A stretch of DNA of 64,000 bases, taken from the NCBI GenBank assembly GCA_016748015.1, contig JAAOMT010000322.1, positions 62,001 through 126,000 of the forward strand, in the 5' to 3' direction. Below, piece by piece: positions 1 to 11,891 of this stretch (position 1 is the first letter of the stretch; each line of letters opens with the position of its first letter). The notes under the pieces were generated by a model. That model saw only the letters and a list, made by a program, of their open reading frames with translations. It was not told the origin of the DNA and ran no database searches. Position numbers and translations under genes: made by a program. This DNA is from Geosiphon pyriformis uo1 (Eukaryota; Fungi; Glomeromycota).

Positions 1-652
1 GTTTAAAGATTACAAAAAGCTCATCCAAAAGATTAGTATAATGTAAATATATGAGTACTTATTGTTAATTGTGCTTTTAAAAATCAATATAACATAAAAT
101 TAATAAAATAAATACTATGAAAAATAAATAAATAGCTAAAAAACTAAGAAATCTTAAAGAATATGCCAAGATTTGGAATAAAAAAAACAAAACACAAGAA
201 ATAATTAGATTAAAAAAAGAGATTCAACTATAATATTTTTTTACAACTAATTTTAGCCATCTTGGCTACAGCCAGGATAACAGCAATAGTATGCTGAATG
301 TTAATAAAAAGACCTGCCAAGAGACAAAAAAAATAGTGTTTTTTCAATTACCAAAGACACAATTGTTTGATGTTTACTTTGTTTGGTTTTGTTGCAACAT
401 GCCCCATATTATATTGCAAGTTTTTTGTCATCAAAATGGTTTTACAAAAAAATCAATAAATTAAAAAAATAGAGTGTAATTAAAAATGTAATCTTTGTAA
501 AAAATCACAATCATTTTTCTTAAATTACAATTAACCAAAAAGTAAAAATGCTTTTTTTAATTCTAGTAAAGTTAATAAATGATTTTAATAAAAAAATAAA
601 TAAATACAAAGTTATTCTCAGCTATTCGAAGTGGTTGGACTAGATGCTTTAC

Positions 653-693
653 TTCGGATAAGTGAATATTCGAATAAGTGAATATTCGGATTA
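653..693. repeat. 2.5 copies of a 16-bp tandem unit (TTCGGATAAGTGAATA), possibly a DNA-transposon subterminal repeat
   Basis: ttcggataagtgaata / ttcgaataagtgaata / ttcggatta read directly; no inverted partner seen in the window. Confidence 0.6.
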
Positions 694-1638
694 TTGAAAC
701 TTTTTGATTATTTAAAATTATCTATAAAATTAAAATCAAATTTGAATAATTAAATATATAAAATTATAAATTTAATATTTGATCATTTATTCAAGATAAT
801 TTAAAAAAAAAGAAAGTGAATGCAGAAGTTGTTAAGAATATAAATTTTTTTTTGTTGATTAATATATAATAAAGTATTCATAATATAATTAATTGCTTGT
901 GTATTTTTAATGAAAGAAAAGAAAAGATTCATTTTAATCTTTATTGTTTCAAAAAGCTTGTATGATTTTTTTATCAGATAAATTTTCGAATGTAATAAAT
1001 TTTACATCCATACTGATCCAATTTTTGCATTTTCAATCAATATTGGAAGTAATAGATTCCATTTGATTGAGTTTTGAGTTAATTGTTGAGAATGAAGAAT
1101 TTGTTTTTTTTTAACAATGTTAAATGGTTATAACAGTAACTTTTTGTCATGATAGCTAGCTGGGAAAAAGACAAATACCTTGGAGAGTTTTTCTTTTTTC
1201 CTATAAAGTATAGAGGTAATAATATTTACTGCCTTAATTTCAATTTTGTTTTCTTTCCATTGGGATTTCTATTATTTTTAGAAATTCCAAGTCATAATAT
1301 TTCCCGGCTTATGATCAATCATTGTGATACAGTTTATTTCGACTGGCATAGTAAAAGACAATTGATCTTTAAGTGTTTCCAAAACTTCTTTTTCGAGAAA
1401 TTTATATTTAGTTAGATAGCGATATTCATAATCTTCTAATAGATAATAAAGAGGAAATCTTTTTACCTGCATGAATTCTTTCTTTTCCTTCTAAAGCATT
1501 CAAACGAATGAACGAAGAAACCAAGAATAAATTAATGAATAATTAATCTTTGAAAAAAATTTCCCAGAAAGCAAAAAACCACGTATTCCCCTTTTAGCTT
1601 CGTTGTACTCTGCATTTTTCACAAAATTATTATCGATG

Positions 1639-1724
<86 letters not shown>
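1639..1724. repeat. (ATA)n microsatellite
   Basis: Perfect trinucleotide run; explains the spurious poly-Ile ORF 1603..1803. Confidence 0.98.
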
Positions 1725-2012
1725 CTTTATCCGGTTGATTAAATGTGGTTCTAAAAAGATTCTTTTAAAAACAAATATATATTTTAGATGTGTTTTTTAT
1801 TAAAAAAAGGGTTTTTAAATATGAAAAGTTTAATGAAAATCGTATAAGAGAAAGGGAAAGGAAAAGGAAAAAAGAAAAGATATAATGATTGAGCAAAAAT
1901 TTTTCGTAATTATTTACAATTTTTAATGTTTAAAAAAAGCAATTTTCTTAAATAAAAGTAAAAAAACTTAATATTTTAAGAGAAAACCATTTAGTTAGTT
2001 ATTTTTATTGAA

Positions 2013-2064
<52 letters not shown>
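2013..2064. repeat. (TAT)n microsatellite
   Basis: Perfect trinucleotide run; explains the spurious poly-Ile ORF 2008..2202. Confidence 0.97.
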
Positions 2065-2670
2065 GCTATTATTTATGAATTGAAAAATAATCAAACCTAT
2101 CAAATAAAAAAACTTATTATTTTTTTAATTTTTACAATATACAATATACAATATATATTACTTGAACTTAACATAAAAAAATTAATTTTAATAATAAGTT
2201 AATAAAAAAATAAAAAAATTAAAAGTGATAATTATTAAATCAAATTCTATTTTTGAAAATAATAAATAATAACTTTGAAAATTTATTTTGTAATATGTAA
2301 TGTTTGGTTAAAATTACAAAAAGACTAATTTAAATTATTTGGTTTGCATAATTTCTTTATTAAATTTGTTTTTTATTAACTTAATAACTATTTTTAATAT
2401 ATAGTTATTAAATATTAAAGGCATAAAATTTAAAAAATATTAATTTTTTAATGTAAATAATTTAATTATTTATGCGCTTTCCATTGGCTTATTACAATTT
2501 TAATTTTGATTTGTGTTAATTATCAATTATTTAATTATATAATCAAAATCTAGATTTAATCAAAAATTTTTTGTCGTTAAATTCGAACTATTTTATCAGC
2601 AGTCAACTGATCCAATCTTTAACAAGTTGGTTTGCCAAGTTCCCTCCAACCTCACAGACTTAATTTCTTG

Positions 2671-4780
2671 ATGGCAGATATTAACATGTATTTCGTCCTT
2701 TTATTAGATTAAATATTTTTCATCTTAATTATATTTTATTATAGAGTGAGAACTTGTCTTAACTTTTAGTGTAAAATCAACCCTTTCCTTGGAGACTACG
2801 GAAGCAAGCAATCAAGAACAATTGGTCACCCCCTGGGATGTCGAGGGTGCTGTTATTGATGGCAAGCCTCAAGCAATTGACTATGATAAGCTCATTGTGC
2901 AATTCGGGACAAAACCGATTGACGCTGAGTTACTGCAAAGACTTGAGACCTTGACTGGCCGCAAACCCCATGTTTTCTTAAGGAGAGGTGTTTTCTTTTC
3001 TCATCGGTATTTCTCTGTCCACTTAAAAATATTGGTTTGTTTTTCTTACCTTTTAAGTAAAATTAATTAATGTATTTTTTAGAGAACTTTCACGCATTCT
3101 CGACCGATATGAACAAAAGAAACCATTTTATTTATATACAGGTCGTGGACCAAGCAGCACAAGCATGCATCTTGGCCATATGATCCCGTTTGTTTTTTGC
3201 CAGTATAGCATAAATTTCCCAATTTTTGTTCAATTTCTATATCATTATGCAAGATTTATATAATATTATTTTATTAGATGGTTACAAGAAGTTTTTGATG
3301 TACCACTGGTAATCCAATTGACCGGTCAGTTTGTTACCTTTTGAAATACTGGCCTCATAAAATTGGGGTTTTGTCTTCTTATCTTCGATACCACTTTTTC
3401 ACGATTCGTGCATAAGATGATGAAAAGTTTTTGTTCAAACCTGATCTCACTTTGGATCAAGCGCGTAAATTCGCTTATGAAAACGCGAAAGATATCATAG
3501 CCTGCGGTTTCAAACTTGAAAAGACTTTTATATTTTCGGATTCTGATTATGTTGGGTATTTACAGTTGCTAAAGTTTGCCTTTTGATTAAGCCATTAAAT
3601 TATATTAATTTTCTCCTAATACCCTTTTTAACCTTTTTAGGGGACCTTTCTATCATAATATTGTAAAGATCGCAAAGAGCATTACCACTAGTCAGTCAAA
3701 GTCGACATTTGGATTTAATGACAGGTCTATGGATATATTTTTTAATATGCCTTACCCAAACAGTGATTTCTCGCTTATATTTTTCTAATTCGAAATTTAT
3801 AGTGATTGTATCGGAAAAATCCACTTTGTCGCAATTCAAGCCGCACCTTCGTTCTCTAATTCCTTCCCACAGATTTTTGGTAGCAAAAGTGATATTCCTT
3901 GTCTAATTCCATGTGCTATTGATCAGGTATCAATAGCAATGTTTTAATTATAGATGGGTGTTGTATCGCGGTGATGGGTTAAGGTCCTTGATATTTATAG
4001 GATCCATACTTCCGGTTAACCCGTGACGTAGCACATAAACTTAAATATCCTAAGCCCTGCCTAATTCACGCAAAGTTTTTTCCGGCATTACAGGTATCTA
4101 AGAGACTCTTCATACACAGACATTTTAACATATTAATCTTTCATAATTTCTATTATACCAGGGTCCACAAACAAAAATGTCAGCTTCTCTAGACACTTCC
4201 GCTATATTCTTGTCTGACACTGCTACGCAAATCAAAAAAAAGGTTGGATTATTTTTAAATCTGGTTAGTCTTGGCTTCCCATTCTAATTAAAAATTTTAG
4301 ATAAATAAATATGCCTTTTCTGGAGGAGCTGATACCCTTGAGCTTCACAAATTGAATGGGGGAAATCCAGACGTTGATGTCGCTTATCAATACTTGACCA
4401 TGTTTTTAAATGACGATGAAGAATTAGCCGAAATTTATAAAGTTTGTATCGTCATATCATCGATTTTGAGTCTTTGACCATTTTTCGATTCATTATTTGT
4501 ACTTTTGATAGAATTATAAATCTGGCGTTTTGATGACGGGCGAGTTGAAGGCAAGATGTATTGCCCTTCTACAAGATTTTGTCCGGAATTTTCAAAAAGT
4601 ATGTTCATCGTTATTTTTCTTGATATTGGTAGCACAAATCTTGATGATTTTTTTTGAAACACATAGCTCAAGTCCCAGGTAACCGATGATTTAGTAACAA
4701 AGTTCATGGATCCGAACAGAACGATTTTTGTCGAGGGTCTCGATGGAAAGAAATCAGAGGGAAAAGTAATTAACAAATAA
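2671..4780 (+). CDS. WRS1: Cytosolic tryptophanyl-tRNA synthetase (~12 exons)
   Basis: ATG at 2671 (MADINI|[10 protein letters not shown]..). Motifs [36 protein letters not shown] (HIGH), PCAIDQDPYFR, KMSAS (KMSKS). GT-AG introns; TAA at 4778-4780. Confidence 0.96.
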
Positions 4781-4827
4781 AAAGACCTAAAGATTAGTTT
4801 ACTGGCTTGTATAACTTTAATAAAAAT

Positions 4828-7194
4828 TTATTGAGAATCATTCTCATGCACTATTCCACCCTTTCGAGTCCCGCCATCATCATTTTCATCATCATCACCC
4901 CCACCACCACCACCACCACCACCATCATCATCATCATTATAAACCACTGATTTTGCATTCTTTATAAAATCCTTGATTTTTTGAGGATCTTTGATATTTT
5001 CAGTTTCAATACCGCTAGACACATCTACTGCCCATGGTTTAACCTGCTTAACAGCCTCCTTCACATTTTCAGGTGTCAAACCCCCAGATAATATCAATGG
5101 AAAATTACCCCCAGCGCTTTTTTTGATTGACAGAGCGATATTCCAATCAAAGGTCACACCTGCCCCACCATGTGTAACTGATCCTTTCACTTTGGTGTCA
5201 AGCAGACAGTAAGCATTATAGCCGGCTTGAGTTACAAGAGTAGGGTTCGCAAATTCTTCGTCAATATGGAAAGCCTTTATAACTGGCACTGGTAAAAATT
5301 TTGCAAGGTCCAACGGCTCATCACCATGAAGTTGTATGAGGTCCAGTTTCAAGTAATCAACAATGACTGTGATTTCTTCCAATGTTTGATTTTGAAAAAC
5401 ACCAACCAAGAGTGGTTTACGTGCGTGATTAATTCGTGACGCGTGTAATTGAAACCAATCATGTTGTCCGGATAAGATATTTCCTTTGTTTTCTGTGAAA
5501 CGTTTGATATCAATTTCCACTTGTCTTTCAAATTGAAGTTCACGGATTACAGTAACAATTTCCAAGGCACTATCGATTGAAACTTGACGTTTAGATTTAG
5601 CAAAAATAAGTCCAATTAGATCTGCCCCAGCATCTACAGCCTCCATTGCAGCCTCGACAGTAGACACACCACAAATTTTTACTAAGGGGGTTTTGGCAGT
5701 ATTAAAAGTAATTCCACTAGAATTTATGGCTTCTTCTATACCTAAGATTTCATGAATAAATGTACGTTTATTCTCTGCTCTCATCAAAGCTTCTCCGATT
5801 AATAAGGCTCCAACACCTTGATCAAGGTAATCGATAACATCTTGGCGTCGGGTGATACCGCTTAAAGCCGCCAAGATAACACCCTCAGGCACCATTTCTG
5901 CTAAACGAGATGTAGTCTGCATATCTACATCAAAACTATTGAGATTTCTGTTATTAACACCAATTACTTGAGCACCCAATTTTATTGCCCTTTTCATTTC
6001 TTCTTCATTATTAACTTCTACCAAAGGCTCCATACCAAGATTTTTGGCAAACTTATACAATTCCAAAAGTTGGGAATCGGACAATAAAGCAACAATCAAC
6101 AGTACTGTATCTGCGCCATAAAGACGAGCTTCCATAATCTGATAAGTATCGACAATAAAATCCTTTCGCAATATTGCTGGACGATTAGGAATGCTTGAGA
6201 TAATGTCTCGAACTTGACGAAGATCATTCAAGGTACCCTTGAACCATTTTTCTTCTGTTAATACTGATATTGTAGAGGCACCAGCTTTTGCGTAAGAAAG
6301 GGCTTGCTCCGCGGCATTAACCGACAGATCAATATTGCCTTTGCTTGGAGAGGCACGTTTCACCTCAGCAAGAATGGCCGGATACTTTGGTAAATTTTGC
6401 TTGATCCTAGCTACAAAATCGATCAAAGGAGGTGCAACGTTCAATGAAAGTAGTTTTCGAAAATCATTGGGTGTTGATCCGGGCATTTTTTTGGCTGCTG
6501 CTATATCCTCCAATCTCTGTTTATGAATTTTTTGTAGAATACTGTGAATAGCTTGCTCTTGTACCGTGACTTTTGAGAGTGGAATCTTTATACCAAAAGT
6601 TGGATTTTCATTCCAGATGCCCCCTTTAAGTTTTAGGAAATTTGAAAGCATAGTTTTTCCATGTTCACTAATCACACTTTCTGGATGGAATTGCACCCCT
6701 TCAATCGTGAATTCTCGATGTCTAATCCCCATAATGACCCCATTTTCGGTCCAGCTAGTAACTTCAAGTACTTCCGGAACTGTTGGAGGTTGACCGGATA
6801 ATGAATGATACCGGGTTGCTAAGATGTCTAAAGGAACATTAATAAACAACCCTTTGGAGTCATGTTTAATTTTTGAGGTTTTCCCGTGGACGATTTCCCC
6901 AGCGTATGCAACTTTTCCACCAAATACCTCGAAGATACATTGTTCACCAAGGCAAATACCCAATATTGGGATTTTGCCGGCAAAGTGTAGAATTGCTTCA
7001 CGAGAAATACCCGTTTCCTTTGACGGGTGACCGGGTCCGGGGGAAATTAAAAGGTTTATAGGTTTTAGAGATGTTATGTGTTCTATAGTCGTCTGGTCAT
7101 TACGAAAAACTTGAACGTTGGCACCAAGTTCACTGAGATATTGGTAAATGTTCCATGTAAACGAGTCATAATTGTCAATTAGAACTGTAGTCAT
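4828..7194 (-). CDS. TRP1: Trifunctional tryptophan biosynthesis protein: anthranilate synthase component II (GATase) / indole-3-glycerol-phosphate synthase / phosphoribosylanthranilate isomerase; intronless
   Basis: 788-aa ORF. TrpG motifs IDNYDSFT, SPGPGHP, GICLG, QFHPES. TrpC motifs AEVKRASPSKG, LRKDFI, GVNNRNL. TrpF motifs VKICG, QLHGDE, LSGGLTPENV, DVSSGIE. Confidence 0.98.
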   Translation of the reverse strand: MTTVLIDNYDSFTWNIYQYLSELGANVQVFRNDQTTIEHITSLKPINLLISPGPGHPSKETGISREAILHFAGKIPILGICLGEQCIFEVFGGKVAYAGEIVHGKTSKIKHDSKGLFINVPLDILATRYHSLSGQPPTVPEVLEVTSWTENGVIMGIRHREFTIEGVQFHPESVISEHGKTMLSNFLKLKGGIWNENPTFGIKIPLSKVTVQEQAIHSILQKIHKQRLEDIAAAKKMPGSTPNDFRKLLSLNVAPPLIDFVARIKQNLPKYPAILAEVKRASPSKGNIDLSVNAAEQALSYAKAGASTISVLTEEKWFKGTLNDLRQVRDIISSIPNRPAILRKDFIVDTYQIMEARLYGADTVLLIVALLSDSQLLELYKFAKNLGMEPLVEVNNEEEMKRAIKLGAQVIGVNNRNLNSFDVDMQTTSRLAEMVPEGVILAALSGITRRQDVIDYLDQGVGALLIGEALMRAENKRTFIHEILGIEEAINSSGITFNTAKTPLVKICGVSTVEAAMEAVDAGADLIGLIFAKSKRQVSIDSALEIVTVIRELQFERQVEIDIKRFTENKGNILSGQHDWFQLHASRINHARKPLLVGVFQNQTLEEITVIVDYLKLDLIQLHGDEPLDLAKFLPVPVIKAFHIDEEFANPTLVTQAGYNAYCLLDTKVKGSVTHGGAGVTFDWNIALSIKKSAGGNFPLILSGGLTPENVKEAVKQVKPWAVDVSSGIETENIKDPQKIKDFIKNAKSVVYNDDDDGGGGGGGGGDDDENDDGGTRKGGIVHENDSQ

Positions 7195-7359
7195 TTTTTC
7201 AAAAGTGGAAGAGATATTGCGAATAATAAAATTCAGGTTTTAAAGATCTCGATTATTCGATGACACTAATCCAAATTAGTCTCGAACATTGATATAACAT
7301 CTACACTGGATTTACAATTGCACTATTTCTTGACTTTTCGTCTTCGAAATATAAGAAAA

Positions 7360-9194
7360 ATGTCTGTGAGGCTGCCACCAGTTATTATGGATAATGGAAC
7401 GGGGTAGGTTTTAGATTCATTCTTCCAAAGTCAATTTATGGTCAATCTAAGTACTTCTCCACGCCAGGTACACAAAGCTAGGCTTTGCCGGGAACAACGC
7501 CCCGTCCTTTGTTTTTCCAACGGTGATTGCTACGCGTGATTCAACAGGGTCGTCAGGCCCGTCGCTTCCTTCAAAACAGTCACACATGTCAGGAAATATT
7601 GCCTCGAAACGTGGAATAGAAGACTTAGATTTCTTCATTGGAGACGAAGCCATTTTTAACTCTAAAACTTATGGACTTCATTATCCGATAAGACATGGAC
7701 AAATTGAAAATTGGGATCACATGGAACGATTTTGGGAACAGAGTATCTTCAAGTACCTGAGGTGTGAACCCGAAGATCATTATTTTCTTTTGGTATGTGG
7801 TGGATCTGACCCAAAGTAATTCTAAATCCAAATTTTGATCCGCGTTAAATTAACATACATGCTAGACCTCTGACCAATTCTTTTATATGATAAATGAATC
7901 CTAGACAGAGCCCCCGCTTAACGCTCCTGAGAATCGAGAACAAACTGCGGAAATTATGTTTGAATCCTTTAATATCCAAGGCCTTTACATTGCAGTACAG
8001 GCGGTTTTAGCTTTAGCCGCAAGTTGGGCTACAAAAGAAGTGAAGGATTATGTATTGACGGGTACCGTTATTGACAGTGGTGATGGTGTAACTCATGTCA
8101 TACCGGTGGTGCGTTCTTTTGAATTAAGACTATTAGCTCATTTTCAACGCATTTTTCGTTGCCTAATTACTTCTGGCTTGAAAGGCGGAAGGTTATGTTA
8201 TAGGATCTTCAATTAAACACATCCCGATTGCTGGACGTGATATCACTTATTTTGTTCAACAACTTTTACGGGATCGTAATGAAGATATTCCGAAAGAAGA
8301 TTCTTTAAAAGTTGCCGAAAGAATTAAAGAACAATATTCTTACGTTTGTCCTGATATCGTGAAAGAGTTTAAGCGGTATGATCAAGAAGGTGATAAATAT
8401 TTTCAAAAATATAACGGAGTAAATACTGTGACGGGAAAGGTTTGTGGAAAAAACAAGGTCAACGAATTTACTTTCATTTGAATTCAAATTTCATCAAATT
8501 CAAATTTTTAGTCTTACGAAGTCGATGTTGGTTATGAAAGGTTTTTGGGGCCAGAGATTTTTTTTAATCCTGAAATCGCCTCATCAGATTTCTTGACTCC
8601 AATCCCTGAAGTTGTTGATAATGTAATCCAATCTTGTCCTATTGATACTCGACGTGGATTATACAAGGTATCCACATTAATTTTCCTGCTTTAAATCGTT
8701 ATTCGAAACTATGAAATTTATAAATCCTGAACTCTTTAATCTAGAACATTGTATTATCCGGCGGATCTACAATGTTTAAAGACTTCGGGAAACGTCTGCA
8801 GCGAGATATTAAGCGCCTCGTGGATATTCGAGTGAGACGAAGTGAAGAGCTAAGTGGCGGTTTGATCAAGGCGAGTTCTCAAAAATTATTTGCCCATAAA
8901 TTTTTGGTGACTAAACAAAGTTTTTTCTATTTTAGGCCACTGGAGTAGATGTTAATGTGATTTCTCATAAAAAACAGCGGTACGCTGTATGGTACGGCGG
9001 ATCCCTGTTAGGCAAAACGGTGAGCGGGCGTTAAAATTCAGTTCGTTCGATTTATTGAGCGCTACTCAAAATAAATTTTGATTCCGATTCTCCAGGGTGA
9101 ATTCTATTCTTATTGCCATTCTAAAGCTGAATATGAAGAACATGGACCAAGTATCTGCCGGCATAATCGTGTTTTCGGAAGTTTGAATGCCTAG
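7360..9194 (+). CDS. ARP3: Actin-related protein 3 (Arp2/3 complex), 8 exons
   Basis: [15 protein letters not shown]|[31 protein letters not shown]|[45 protein letters not shown]; TAG at 9192-9194. Confidence 0.97.
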
Positions 9195-9435
9195 CGTAAA
9201 AAATGTAAATTATTGATCGGAGTCGAAAAGGCCTTTATTTAAATGAAACGCAAGGTAATTAATGTATTTGTTTAGAACCTATTCAGAGTCGATTGATATC
9301 AAATTTTTATGAAGCCCCTTAAAAAATTAGAAAGTTTTTCAATTAAAACAGTTGAACTATTTAAACTGGAATTTTGATAAAGTATAATTTGTAGCCATTA
9401 TCATTGTGTATCGTTAAAGATTAAGATAATCAGAG

Positions 9436-11891
9436 ATGAACAAATTTATACAAAACTTAAAAGTTTCCAAACTCAATAAATTTTCTCCGCTCCCAAGGTT
9501 TCTTTTACAAAGCAGACTACTTAACAACTGGAACAGACAGCGTGTGGTTTTTGATAACAATAGTAGAGTTATTGGTACCGATAAGCAGCGGTTTAGTAAT
9601 AATAGCAACACAAAAATATTGGAAAAGACCATAAAACTCATGTCTAACAAGGGTAGTTTCACTACCCCTGAGAAAAACGGAATCATCAAACCTTCACAAC
9701 ACATAAAAAAAGGAGACAAAGTTGCGCATTTTGAACAAGATGGTGAGTGATTTATAATAAAAGTTCAAAAAGCCTTTGAACAATTGGTTGGGAAAAAGTT
9801 TCCAAAATTCGTTATTTGCCTCCCAGAACACTTCAAAATTAAAAAAAAACAACAATAGATGTATTGTGAGGAATGATTTCTTGATGAGTTATCAAAATAT
9901 CGAATTAAAAGGAATCATATCGTAAGGGTATCTTAATTAACAAAACTAGGATTATTGGTTATTCTTTTGGTGGGAGGGGTATTTGGAGATGGGATCGAGA
10001 TTTATGCTGAAGAGAAATGAATGAATTTCCTACATCTCTATTCTAGTATGGTCCATTTTCACACCACTCGCAGCTCAATTGAATGCCGTGAATCTTGGGC
10101 AAGGGTTTATGAAGTAAGTATTTGGGGTTAATGAGTTAAACATTATGGATTTTTGAATTTTTGAATTTTTGGTTGCATTAGTTATCTCTAAGATCATAAA
10201 GAGAACTTCTAGATTCTATTTATTAGTTTCCTTCTTTCATAACAATATCAATTGGATTAATGAATTTTGAACTCTAAAAATAATAGTTTCCCTCCACCGG
10301 ATTTCGTTAAAGAAGCCGCAAAGAATGCAATTATGGATAACGAGTGTAATCAGTACAGGTGAATAAATTTACACATTATATTTTTTTCGAGGAATTTTTT
10401 TCTGGGGATGATTGTAATGAAAAATCTTTTTTTGGCCACTAGTCATCCAAAAGGACGGATAAGACTACGTAAAGCATTAGCAAAAGCCTATGAACCGTTA
10501 TTCGGGAATCGAAATCTTGATCCGGAGATGGAGATTATTGTTACCGCGGGTGCTAATGGAGGTAGAATTATGTTTCCCATGGCCAAAATTGTGTATTATG
10601 AACCATAACTGAAATGGTTAAATTGAATTCATCCTGGTGGTTTCGTTTTTCATTGTAAATAGGAATGTATGCCATCTTTGCCGGGTACCTAGATGACGGG
10701 GATGAAGTGATTCTGATGGAGCCCTTTTTTGATCAATATGTGGTATGGTTGATCTTTTTCTAATTTATTGATAATCTTCAAGTTGATAATTAACTAATAA
10801 TTAATATTATAAGACTTTCTTCCTTTACGTACCTTCTTTACAAGGCAAATATAACAATGAACGGTGGGGTACCTGTTTATATACCATTACGGGTGGAAGG
10901 TGACTCCAACTCGACAATTTCTTCCGCAAAATGGACATTAGATATCGCCGAACTACGGTCAAAAATCACCCCACGAACAAAAATAATCGTACTGAATACT
11001 CCGCATAATCCAGTTGGGAAAGTTTTCTCGCGAGATGAGTTGCATGAAATTGGACAAGTTGCTATCGATTATAACTTATTAATTATTAGTGATGAAGTGG
11101 TAGGGAGTGTCGGAATAGCATTTTATTGATGGTTCAAAACAAATTACTTTAAAGCATATTATGTTCATCAATATAATTCTTATTTGATATCTTCTACTCG
11201 TATCGCAGTACGACCGGTTATATTTTCGACCGGATACTCATGAACGTATCGCCAATCTACCCGGGATGTGGGAACGTACAATTACTGTTGGCAGTGGTGG
11301 GAAAACTTTTGGTACTACTGGGTGGCGTGTGGGATGGTTGATTGGACCGGCTATTCTAATTGAAACTGCTCTTGCCGCGCACACAAGAATTTTATTTTGT
11401 ACCAATTCACCCCTTCAGGTAACGGAAAATTAAACCAATAATTGATATTATAAATTATCAACAAATTCTAACTGGATAACAAATAGGAAGCAATTGCAAT
11501 CGGATTTGAAAAAGCCGATGAGAATCAATACTTTGACACCCAAATCGTCGAATATGGACGTAAACGTGACAAACTAATGCGAGTATTCGATGAATTAGGA
11601 CTTCCATATACGATACCCCAAGGAAGTTATTTCATCCTGGTAAACACTTCCCGAATTAAAATCCCTCCCGGGTATCCGTTCCCAGCCATAATCAAGAACC
11701 GACCAAAAGATTTTCAAACGTGTTATTGGCTGGCAAAAGAGATTGGAGTGGTAGGCATTCCACCGAGTGAATTTTATTCACCACCTAATCGTCATTTGGC
11801 TGTCGATTATGCCCGATTTGCCTTTTGTAAAACTGATGAGACTTTAGAAGATGCGGAGAAAGCGTTCAAAAAGTTAAAAAAGTTTATTTAA
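9436..11891 (+). CDS. BNA3: Kynurenine--oxoglutarate / glutamine transaminase (class I PLP aminotransferase, BNA3/KYAT-like) with a putative mitochondrial presequence
   Basis: DVWSIFTPLAA..AVNLGQGFM, LNTPHNPVGKVF, ISDEVY, TVGSGGKTFGTTGWRVGW (PLP lysine), RFAFCKTDETL; GT-AG introns. Confidence 0.9.

Noticed and set aside
653-693. CRISPR-like repeat
   Set aside because: Units are contiguous with no spacers, no cas genes are present, and the context is eukaryotic.
1020-1500. Minus-strand coding-like stretch (QVKRFPLYYLLEDYEYRY..)
   Set aside because: No recognisable motif and interrupted by stops; cannot support a call.
1603-2202. Poly-Ile ORFs
   Set aside because: Translations of (ATA)n/(TAT)n microsatellites.
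4435-7831. Short antisense or overlapping ORFs across WRS1, TRP1 and ARP3
   Set aside because: Shadow ORFs on the opposite strand or frame of real genes.
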